A stretch of DNA of 64,000 nt from Camelus dromedarius. Its lineage: Eukaryota. Below the pieces are notes generated by a model, which saw only the letters and a list, made by a program, of their open reading frames with translations, did not search any database and was not told the DNA's origin. The stretch's first letter is position 1. Every line of letters begins with the position of its first letter. The stretch is taken from contig NC_087436.1 of NCBI RefSeq assembly GCF_036321535.1, forward strand, positions 71,364,001 to 71,428,000, in the 5' to 3' direction. Both the position numbers and the translations under genes were made by a program. Below are positions 1 to 11,398 of the stretch, piece by piece.

Positions 1-309
1 ATCCAGTTTCCTTATGTTGTGAATACATGACATAAAGCCCACTAACCAAGTGACCCTTTATTTTGGCAAATCTGAAGACCACAAAATATGACTGTGAGCC
101 ACCACTACTCACAGGGGAGACTGAATGGTGTTACAGGGCAAGTGCCAGGGCTCCGTGGAATAAAGAAACCTACTTTCAACAGGGATTCCCAGGCAGACGT
201 GTCTTCGCGCTCAGAAGTGTGTGAAACGCCTGCCATCACCGTGACTCCTGACCACTGGACTCTCGCTTCAGAGACACAGAAGCAGAGAGGAAAAGCATTT
301 CTCCAGCCT

Positions 310-720
310 CAGGCCAAGGACCACGAGGAACACACCTCCAGTTGACAAGCTGGGTTTATTACATGTTGCACGGAGCTGAGCGCACACCAGAGGGAATCGC
401 AAGCCTCTCAGTGAGAGAGCTTTAGAAAGAACCTATTAACGGGATGTAGGCTTTGGATGAGTAATTTGGAAGAGGTTCCAGAGAAGCAGGCTTTTTAAAA
501 AATTGAATGCTGTCAGAAAACAAGGACAATCCCATGATTGAACATTGCAATAATCTCACCCATAAATTCTCACCCATAAATAGGACAGACTAGAGCAGGC
601 ATAAAGCTGGAATTGGTAAAGAATTAGCAGCCACTCATAAATGATAATCGTGGCAAAGAACAGGAAAAGGTCATGCTAGACAGGAATAGATATCCTTGGC
701 CACACTGGCTGAGAGTCACT
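310..720. mobile_element. Old ERV LTR relic (MER-type, family uncertain)
   Basis: Resembles remembered ERV1 MER LTR consensus segments (gggtttatt...ctcagt...ttagaaag...aaagctggaattggtaaagaa). Boundaries are approximate. Confidence 0.5.
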
Positions 721-3700
721 GTCAGTTCCTCCCTGCAGAAGACTTTGACGTTGATTTCAGAAACCCACAGAATAACAATTTAGTCATTATGCATATCTAA
801 GCCTAGTCACATTCTAGACCACGGCTCTGAATGTCACTCACGGCATTTTTCTATCCTCCTCAATAATGCCCGTGTTAAAATAACTTTCTTGTCATTTCAT
901 ACAGGTTCCTGGAATAAGTAAAATCTACCTATTTCAGTCAAGTTTCTGATGTCCAAAGGATTAAAAATAGCTGAGCATTACTGCTTGCTTTTCAAACTAT
1001 CTGGAGGAAAAAAAGTTTCTTTTCTCCCCAGTTGGCCTCAGACCCATAATTTTGAAAAACTAATTACTAGAAAAATGAAATGAAAAAAAAAGCAGAAAAC
1101 ACCAGCCCCAACTTTTAAAAAAAATTATTAGATTCAATACAAATATAATAACTGTTACATTGTTTAAAAAGTTTCTGTATATAGTCTCACTCTCTGCATG
1201 TATCTTGTCAAAAACCTGAGTCTACAGAGACACTTTGAATAGCACTATTTTTTTAATTAAAGAATTCTGTTTAATAAAAATTAATTCTGTCTCAGTCCAC
1301 TGCCCATTTCAAACTTAAACAAGGTAGCATTAGAGAAAGAAGAGGAAAGGGGTCTAAGGCCAGACTGAGGCCAAAGTGAGACGCACACCTCCTCTGAGCA
1401 CATCGGGAAGCAGCCTGACTGATCAGGTTCATTCTCCTGCTCTCAGCCTGCTGTAGGTGCCCCAAGTCAGTGATATGGGTCTGACTGACCACCACTGTGT
1501 AGCAGCAACAACCACCATCTTACACCTCTCCATATGCTTCCACACAGCCTTGCAGACATGGACACATACAGAAACACTGCACTCCGTTGCAATTAATTTA
1601 TTTCTCAACCTGTACTTGGAACATGACTAAGTTAAAAGAATAAATCCATACATTTTTAAAGGCCTTTAAAGAACTAAAGACAACAGTTGTCACAGTTTCA
1701 TAAATTAAAGTTCAGGAGTAAAACGGCAAATAGGAAAAAGCACAGAGTGTCTCATTTGAATCATTCAATCATTCACAAATATTTACTGAGTGCCCACTAT
1801 GCCAGGCAATATTCTAGGTGGTAGAAATAAGTAATAAATACATAGATCAAAAAGTAAAAAATAAAAATAAAGAGGTAAGGAATTTCACTCAGGGCAAAGG
1901 TCATGCTAAGAACTCTCTAATGGAAATGAAAAATTAATGCCCGTGCTCCCTTTCTATGAGCAAGAGCTTCAAAGGACACATGTAGAAAATCAAATCCCTG
2001 GAATCCCATCGACACCAGGTAGGGCTTCACTGCCGTTCTCCTCCATAGCGGGAGACAACTTTACACTTGCTGGACAGGGATCTTCCCGTTGGTATGTTCA
2101 GGCCAGGAGTGGCCGTGCTTTCTACCAGGAAACTTGGATTTGACTAGTATCTCAGAGCTTCCTGGGGCAATGGCTTTATAGCCCGTCAGGTTAATCCTCA
2201 GGCATGTCTGTTATCTGAGTAGCCCTGCTTCCCTTCCTCAGGTCAAGAAGGTCAAGCTTAAATCCCTATATAGCAAGTTAAAGGAACAAAAAGGGTTGAG
2301 GAATCAGCTAATCAGCCAAATTTATTTACATTCCCATCAATTTCACTTCCCGTTTCATCTCTGCTAAGAGGTGTACCCCATCCAGTGCAACTCTGCAATT
2401 TTAAGAACTTGTCCCCAGCTTAATGAAGTAGCCACTGGCATTACCCCTCCAGTGTAACCATCTGCTCTCTATGACGCTGTCTCTCCCACCACCATCTTTA
2501 TTCTTCCTCCCAAGCTCATAGCTGCTCTGAGCTGGACTCTAGGAAAGGCTTCTGCCTCTGCGTACCCACAGAGTCAGCACGGCCTGCTGTAGGCCAGACC
2601 CCACCCTTTCCCTGGATCAAGCTCAAGGCCTGAATCACTTATGTCTGGTTTGAAACTGTCCCCACTCATAAAATCTCTCCAGAACATACTTCCCTTTACC
2701 ATAATTTTTTAAAGCTAAACATGATTTAAACACATGTGCATATATATACATATACATGTACACATGTGCATATATGCCAGATACTTTGACACTTAAAATC
2801 CCCGGCAAATTTAACATCTTTGAGCTCCATGAGAACGGTGATTGTGATCATTCCTTTACCATTTCACAGTGCCTGGGATAGCGCTTGGCCCATAACTGGC
2901 TTCCTACAAATATCTTTTAATTAATTAATTAATTAGCAGATCAAAGAATGGAACAAATGGATACTTGTAGTATACACTGGTACTGCTGTATACACACACA
3001 CACTATATCAACATATACATGATGTCAGTAGCTAACACTGTATCTTAAAAATGAGAAATCAATCCTAATAATCAATGTTCAGTCACATTCTGTATCCATT
3101 TTCCTCTTCCTTAAAACAACTCGTTAATGCCCCAGATTTCTGTATCTATATGATTAGATAATTTGACATGCACAGGAAGAAAAATACTCATTGCTAAGTC
3201 AGGTTTAAAAATCACTATGATAAACCATTAAAATTCTTTGCCTTTTGTCTTCCTTAAACTTATCTTCAAGCTTCAAATCTTACAGGCCAAGCTTCAATCT
3301 AAACTGAGGAGATAAAATGTACATAGTTTTTATGCTATAAAAACTAAACAGTAACACTGAATGAGGTTTAATACTCAATATATTTTACTTAGAACTATTA
3401 TAAAACTACCTTTCTGTGATTTATTTCCGTTATCATCTGAGTAGTATTGAATCACGCTCTCTTAGCAAACACTTTAAGCTTAGTCTTCCAGAATGTGCTT
3501 TCTTTCCATTTTTTAATTCAACGACCTAGTTAATCCAGGTCTGTTGAATGTTTGTGTGAAACGAGAGGAACTGGAGAGATCCCTCGTGCCTTCCAAGCCC
3601 AGAGTAAATGGTCCAGCACCAGACGCGACAGTCGAATCCTAAACTGACATGAAGTCCAATTTGCCGACTTGGAACTGCCACACACACTCTATTCAGTTTC

Positions 3701-4710
3701 CTATGATGATTCCTAAAACCCCACGGAACATCAAGAGGCAGTACAAGACCCCCAGACAGAGCCTACAACCAGGAACTGACCAGCGTTTGGTAAAACGTAC
3801 AGCACCATAACTCCTCTGGGCTGTGCTCACGCACGGGGAGGGCCGCAGAAGAGCATTCAAGGTGTTGCTGGAGGACCCGCCAAAGCAGAATCATTACAAG
3901 CAGGACTGCAAAGAGCATTCTGAGAACTCTCGTAGAGAGACGAAACAAAGAACAGCTCTAAACTCCCAAGAAACAGCAGCCTGGCAACCATACGAGGAAA
4001 AATGGTTGCTCTTTTTGAACAAAGACTTGGAGTCAACTGTGAAGGGAAGAGGCATAAACATTGACACGCTTTTCAAATAACATCTGGAGATACAAAATAA
4101 ATAAAAATACTTCCCATCTTCAGAGCATGTAAAGAGGGATAAGTTACTATTGGCCTCAACCACAAAACTGAAGAGCAAGATAGGGGCCTGTTATTCAAAA
4201 ATAGAGGGAAAAAAAAATGAGCCAAAGTCACCAGGCAAAGAGGATGTTCACAGAGTAATGCTATTGGAACAAATTCTAACAAATTTCTCATTCCCCACTC
4301 TAGCATTCTGTGTGGAAGCGAAAGAATGCTTTCAAAAGAAAATATCCAACCTTTCCACATAAAAACTGAAATACTATCACTTTGAAGGAATCTCTGCTTC
4401 TTTAGAAAGTTCTCAGAATGCTTTGAAAGAAATAAGGAAATAAAATTGCCCAACATAACACAAGTGAAAATATAAGCAAAGAATGCTAAAATAGTTGTCT
4501 TTGGTTTCTTAGAATAATGTTGTCTTCATGTCAAAATTAAGCCAAAGCACACATCTTGGATAGTAAGTATAATGCTTTCTAGCGCTTCTTCCTGAACTTA
4601 AAATATCATAATGAGGCTTTCTTTCCGCTTTCACCTTCCAAACCATGCTGCAGCCACCCCGCACTCCCAAACACCTGCAAACATCAGACACAAAAGGCAA
4701 TGAGTCTTAC

Positions 4711-5117
4711 CAGACCATCACAGTTGCTAATGGCAACAGAGGTTCCCGGAATGTCCATGATGTCACCAACATAAGCACAGTTAGTCTGCAAAGGCTCTGT
4801 TTTCCAGACTCTTTCGGAGGCACTTCCTGGTTGCCGGTCATTAACAGGGTGGGTTATATTCCCAGGCACCGGAGATGTCTCCTGCCATTCCACAACAGCG
4901 CCAGGAGCTACTAGCTGAGTGTTGGGCTTTAGTCGCAAATGAAAATCCCTTCCAAATGCTGTGATGTTAAAGAACAATTGCTCAGAGGTGGAAGACACAT
5001 CCCTCGCTGACCTCTTTTTGTGATTTGCAGAAAGAATGTGGGAGAGGTAGTGTCCTTCAGAATTCGTGCTGACTGGAGTCACCAGCTCATACTCTTTCTG
5101 TCTCTTTCCTGTTAAAT
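4711..5117 (-). CDS. ADAMTS3: ADAMTS3 coding exon 3 (reprolysin-type prodomain, DLTGKRQKEYELVTPVSTN...AISNCDGL)
   Basis: Lies within ORF 4684..5193(-). Acceptor is ttttcattccacag|AT and donor is CTG|gtaaga; length 407 nt. 69+28+407=504 nt = 168 codons. Contains the prodomain motifs FFNITAFGRDFHLRLKPN and CAYVG...VAISNCDGL, the basic HKKRSAR site and two NIT sequons. Confidence 0.97.
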
Positions 5118-5639
5118 CTGTGGAATGAAAAATAGAATTGTAGAACCCTGTGCAACAAGAGAACACAGGCAACATAACACATGACCACCTCACAAGACCG
5201 TCCCTTAACTTGCATAATAAATATATTCTCGAATCATCTCAAGATTAGTAAATTTTGAGAATGCAAATCATTTTCAAATGCATTCAATGTGTTCAAGAAA
5301 TCATTTCTTTCAATTTTTAAAAACGTTTACTGCAATGTGAATATTCATCTCATTTATGTTTGAGAATATGAATATAATAACTTTCCATAAACTATACCTG
5401 GCTTGCTTATAATCAAGACATATTCCTAATTAATGTATCATTGGCATAACTGACCTGCTACAAACTTTTAACAAAGTTGATATGATGTAGAAGAAATTTT
5501 TTTCTGCTTTAATTTTTTCCTTGTAAGAATCCTAGAATGCATACTAATTATAATAGATACTTTATGTCACATCTACCATTAGCCTACATTACAGTGTAAT
5601 TTATACACTGTGGTTTATGATGCTGTAGTTTGCACGTAT

Positions 5640-5780
5640 TTTTCCATCATAACAACCCTAATAATCATTCTTTACAGGTGAGGAAACTGGGACTCAGAGG
5701 TGTGCGTCCAAGGTCAAATAAGTGTGACGTTCAGCTATGACTCCAAGTCATACTCTAAAGCCCAGAGACTCACTCTGCCA
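5640..5780 (-). mobile_element. MIR SINE relic
   Basis: MIR core ttttacaggtgaggaaactgggactcagagg...ccaaggtca. Confidence 0.75.
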
Positions 5781-8054
5781 CGTCATGTGCGGCACCATAA
5801 ATCACAGAACATTTTCAGCCAATGAGGAGAATGGGGTGAAAAAGAAGAAATAAAAATCTATAAATTGGATATACCAGTACTGGTTAGTCAAGAACAAATG
5901 GCATTGCCATTTGGCACCATATTCCTTACATGGGACAGACACTCATTTGAATACAATGTGTCTTATGTTACAACACGGGTGGCCACTTATGCATTAAACT
6001 GAATTTCACGATTAGAACTTAATTCCCCAAGTTTAGCCAAATTTGAGTATTGTGTCTGCTAAAATGCAAACACCCTTGGGAAGGATAACACACAAAGTGA
6101 ACCACTTCTCCCATAACAGAAATGATTTTGAAGGCAGAAGGAAGTGAATAGAAAGAAACAAGGAGGGCAACAAGGATGAAGGAAGAACACATGGAAAGGA
6201 AAATCTGAGAACGTGAATTTTAAAGTTCCCCACCTCCATAATTTTAGCCTAAGGCTAGTCCTGTTGTATAATAAAGTGCCCTGAAAAAAATTATATGATT
6301 CACAAATACTGCTCACCTGTGGGAACTGCATGCACGTCATCAAACACGTTAGAGCATGAGACCCATAAATGAACCTACAACTTATGCTCTTAAAGCATCC
6401 TTATAGAATCACTATGTTTTCATTATTTCCTTTTTTTTTTTAATACCTCAAACAATGTGTAAAGTACCAGAACACAAATGAACGTGTTTTGCAACTTGGA
6501 AATTCCTTGAGTACAGTAATATAATGACCAATGTATTTAAACAAAATATCCCTTACTTTATTCAATGCATAGAGCAAGTAACCTGATTGCACTAGGCAGA
6601 GAAGGAGTGAGGATGGTCCTATCACAGAGTCAAGGGAAGCCTGGCTTCCAAACTGGGAGCAGCAGCAACACAATTCCTGCTTCACAGGCTCCCTACATCC
6701 CAAAGACCCACACTAGGCATGGTGTGAGCAGGACACACAGACTGTCTCCCTTATAACCAAATCGATGGTGAATACGTCTGTAAATTCTGGTTTAGAAAAA
6801 AAAAACCTCAACATTTTAGGGAATGAACTCAAGTGTCACAGAAGCCGAGTGATGGAGGGGAAAGTTTCTACAGGAAGCGATGAATTGGGCTTTTGGATGT
6901 GGACTGACAAAGCTAACCCCAAATTAATTCCTTGAGGATAAGAAACCCATTCAACTCGATCTTCTCAGTGTCATCTTAACACAAGATTTTGTACCGACCA
7001 GCGTCTCTCATCAGTAGGACTTGTTTACGATGTGTAAGTAACAGAAGTAACCGGAGGACATTTGCTTTGTCTACGCTGTACCACGTGCTGACTTCACACC
7101 CATGGCCCAGGAGCATCTGGCTACACCAACAAGCCCAGTTGTAACTCTTCCTCGAACCATCAGTTTTCTGTTTCAAGGGAAGGAAAAGCAGTATTTCATT
7201 TTAATGTATGAATTTCCCATCTCTGCTAAAGGGAATTCACACAACCGAAATCGAGACAATATACTGATGCCTGGATGAAGTGACTGGAGAACGAGAAAAT
7301 TTAAGAAGAATACAGGCCATCTCCTCTGCACCCAAGAGGATACCCAGAGCTTCATGCTTACAGCAAACCATACATCCTAGGTTCTCTGGGATGGCTCCAT
7401 TTTCTACTGGCAGACAATATCTTCTGAATTTTTACTCAAAATAAAGATGGTGTTCCTCTATAGAGCTTTGTCTTCTCTGATGTTAAATAAGAAACCATTC
7501 CTAAAACGCACGCGTAAGAAACAATTTCTGAAATTAAACTCTGAATGAGTCATTTTCCAGGTGGGAATTAAAGTAACCAAAAGAAAACATGCACTTGGTA
7601 TCCCCTCAGGCTACCATCCCCTGAATGCAGTTAAGGGAACTGACAAGGGAGCCGCCCAGTCACCTGCCATTACTGCAGAATAAATACTAGGTAATGTGCT
7701 TTGTGCTCAAGAATGTATCTTCTCTAATTCCCACACCAGTCACAGTGGGTGAGCATTGTTACCCTTAGTTGCCTCTAGGCAAGCGGCCTAGAGGGCCTGA
7801 TGCATAGCAAACAAGGAGCCAAGGGAAACTTTCAATTCTGGTCATCTGGAAGTTGAAGATCCTACTCCTCTGCACTCATTCCCTGCAGAATAGATGGAAC
7901 ATTCTACTGTCAATTCCTAAACTGAGATCTGACTTACAAAGGAAAACTTCCCCATGAAGGATGATGTTCTGCCCACCTGCATGCAGCCAACCAATTTTTC
8001 CCCTAGTGTAGCTTCAAAAAGTTCTATAAAAGACTGTCAAATTCTTGGTCTTGG

Positions 8055-8318
8055 TCATAGACATAGAATACAAACTTGTGGTTGCCGGGGGGGGGGGGGG
8101 GTAGGGAGAGACTGGGATTTCAAAATGTAGAATAGATAAACAAGATTATACTGTATAGCACAGGGAAATATATACAAGATCTTATGGTAGCTCACAGAGA
8201 AAAAAATGTGACAATGAATATATATATGTTCATGTATAACTGAAAAATTGTGCTCTACACTGGAATTTGACACAACATTGTAAAATTACTATAACCCAAT
8301 AAAAAAAAAGTTTAAAAA
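8055..8318 (+). mobile_element. Young 5'-truncated L1 (3' UTR only) in intron 2, antisense to ADAMTS3
   Basis: L1 3' UTR with G-tract, AATAAA and A-tail. Perfect 16-nt TSD aaattcttggtcttgg at 8039-8054 and 8319-8334. Confidence 0.93.
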
Positions 8319-8939
8319 AAATTCTTGGTCTTGGGGAGAAAAATAAAGGGTTGGTGGGGAAAGCTCAAAGGTATCAAAAGTACTTAATCTCAGATTACAA
8401 TCACATATGCAAACCAATGTTAATTAACTGCACTCAGAAATGATACAATTCATACACTCAAATACTTCCACAAAGCAATCCAGCCCACAACCAAGGAACA
8501 GACAGCAGTGTCTGAAAGCAGGAAGTTAAGTCAACACATGAACTTGAACAAGTTCTTTATTTTCCCTTTAGGCTCAGTTTCTTCAGTTGTTAACTGGAGG
8601 TTAATAACAGTCTCAACTTCATAGGTTGGGTGAGAGGTTTAGATGAGATTATGCAGAGGATTTGGTAAATTTAAACTACTGTAACTTAAATGTAAATTAG
8701 ATACTTATTAAAAGTAGTGCCCATGTGCAATTTCAAAATGTGAAACTACACAACTGTCAACTGGGATGGCTGAAGGGCCACAGCAATAAGCATGTAAAGG
8801 TTTTCATGAGCCGTAAATTCCACAAGCACAGAGAGCTAGGGCCACTGTAAAGCCACACTGTGGTCACTGATTATCCAAGCCTGACTCAGACGCAGTGAAT
8901 TGTCCACAACCCGCTGGCATCTGTGCATGCCTGGTCCAT

Positions 8940-10492
8940 TGCCTCCTGTAGTATGGATGGTCTGTGGTCTTAGACAAGAGCAAACCCTCCACTTGCGTAC
9001 CCCATCCTAGCCCCTCTTGCCTTTGCAGGATGGCTTCAGCCATTGTCCTCTCTCTCTTTTCTCATCGGTTTTCCCATCACTAGGTCATTCCCATCACTAG
9101 GTCATTCCCACCAGCAAATCAATAAACTGCCATACTTCCCACTTTGAACAAAAAACCTTCTTGATGCCACATCTGCCTCTAGCTAATTCCTCACTACTTC
9201 GCCACACTTTATAGCAAAACACTTCCAAAAATGTGACTATATGAGATCTCTCCAATTCCTCTTTTCCCATCCTTGTTCCTTCTGGAACCCACTCCAATCA
9301 TGCTCTTGTCAACATCATTAGTAACCTCATGAGCTGAAACCAATGGTCAAGACTCCACCTTTTCACCTGTCTGACTAGTGGCATCTGACTCCGTTTGTTT
9401 CTCTTTCCTTCTTGACACATTTCCTCTAGGCTCCAGGACACCACTCTCTCTTCTGGTTCTCCTCTTTCCTCATCTCCCCTTCTCATCCTCCCTCCTCTCC
9501 CCCCTTTATGCCCCTGGCCTGTACACACTGCACTGCCCAGGACCTGGCCCTGGCCCCTCCTCTTCCACCTCTCCCCTCCCCAGCCGGGTGAACACATCCC
9601 ATGCTGTGACACTGAACGCCTTCCCAGTCTCAGTCTCCGGCCCAGGTTTCCTCCAGGAGCTCTTCTCTTGTCAAGCCAGTCGCCCCCAGACCCTCTCCCT
9701 GTGGGTATTCACCGGGCACCTCAACACTTCCAAAAGCAACTTCCTGCTTTTCTGCTCCCACATCTGTGCTTCCTGCCCACCTCAGTGTAAGTGGCAACTC
9801 CACCTCTTAGTTACTCAGACCAAAAGCCTAACTAAGCCATCCTTAACTCTTCCCACACCACACATAAATCTTTCAACAAATCCTATTGACTCTAACTGCA
9901 GGCTATCTCCAGACTCTTGATCACTGCTCACCCTACTCCCCCCACCACTGCCCTAGTCCAGTGCACCACCAGCTCAGTTTAAAATGAGACCATGACTGCT
10001 CTCCCCTTGCTTCTGTCCTTCCGCTTTCTAGGTCATCCTCAGAATGGAGCCAGAGTAATTCAAATGGCAGATCATGTCGCTCTTCTCCTAAAAACCCGGC
10101 CCACGCAGGGTAACTGGCCCCCAAGGGCCAGCACTGGGACCTCTCATCTCAAGGTTACTGTGTTCGCCATTTCCTCTGCCAAAGCGTCTTCCCCCGACAG
10201 CTGCACGTCTCACCCACCCCTCAGTTCCTTCAGAGCTCCCCCGACCACCAGTAACAACCTCCTAACTATCTCCCTTCTGCACTTTACTTTTCCCCTAAAA
10301 AATCTGTCACCCTCTCAGACACTATAAATTTTATTTATATGTTTATTTGTTCATTGTTTCTTTATACCTACTACCATGTAAGTTTCATGAGGGAAGGGAT
10401 TTTTTATCCATTCTCTTCACCGTAGTTCCCCAGTGTCTAAAACTGACTCTGAAGTCACTCAGTAGATACCTGTGAATGAGTGAATGAATGAA
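8940..10492 (+). mobile_element. L2 LINE relic
   Basis: Pyrimidine-rich L2-like body ending in the typical L2 3' end cactcagtagatacctgtgaatgagtgaatgaatgaa. The 5' boundary is approximate. Confidence 0.75.
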
Positions 10493-11303
10493 GGAGAGCA
10501 GTTTGAGCCTGAAGGAGTATCTAAAATTAGAATGCATCCTCTTTTCCAAATAGCAGTTTACCACCAAGCAATCGATGACAGCAAACCACACAAGTTGCCA
10601 TATACCTCTATAGCCAGAATCTGCTTGCGAATGTTGGGTCTGTTTCTCACAGTTCCTGCTGGCCTGTAAATCAAACATTTCACAGTATCCAGAACTTACA
10701 TTTTAAACTACTAAGAACAACAACAAAAATGGATCTAATCACTAAAACAGACCTCCTGGAATGCAGACAGAGAGCCCCTGGTACTTAGGAACAGGCGGCA
10801 GGAAATTAGCCCCCACTCTGCAATCCCTCTGATACTCATAGGATTATAACTCTGCGGGTCAAGAATTAAAAAGACCTTGAAAAACCATCTCACCCTTGTC
10901 TCTTACAGTTAGAAGTGCCATCTCAAGCTGAAGGCGTTATGTTGTCTTAAGTTAGAGGTGCAGTGTCTTTCATCTACTCCGGCTCTCTGTGAGGAGAGAT
11001 TTTTCTGAGGATTCCAGGCCTTTCCATCCCCCTTAACTCACCCCTCCCCCCACAAAGAAGAGTGCTGGATGTGACTGGCAAGTCTGGGAAAGATAAGCAG
11101 TTTGCAAAGCTCGGCACTCCCACATCATCTTTCTTCCCAGGCCCCGGGTTCTCTTCCACTTCCCGAGGGGCAGGCCCCCTATCCCAGCCCAGCGGGGCTG
11201 ACACACACCAGAGGGGGAGCCCGTTAGACGGCGTACTGCCTGCCCAAGTGAAAGCCTCGGGCTCCACCCCCTCCTCTTTTCTAAGAGGTATTTTCACTAC
11301 ATC

Positions 11304-11398
11304 TTTTTTTTTTTAATTGAAGTATGTGATTGGTTTACAATGTTGTGTTAACTTTCGGTGTACAGCATAGTGATTCATTTATATATATGTATATATTC
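11304..11398 (-). mobile_element. Short L1 3' terminal fragment
   Basis: Poly(T) followed by aattgaagtat...tttacaatgttgtgtta...ggtgtacagcatagtgattc, the reverse complement of an L1 3' end. Confidence 0.8.

Noticed and set aside
5118..5193. N-terminal part (MRWSCVMLPVF...) of ORF 4684..5193 as the real protein start
   Set aside because: It is intronic sequence upstream of the exon 3 acceptor. The true start is at 24432 with in-frame exons 1 and 2.
9298..10327. ORFs of 104-180 aa in intron 2
   Set aside because: They lie within the decayed L2 and have low-complexity Ser/Leu/Pro composition.
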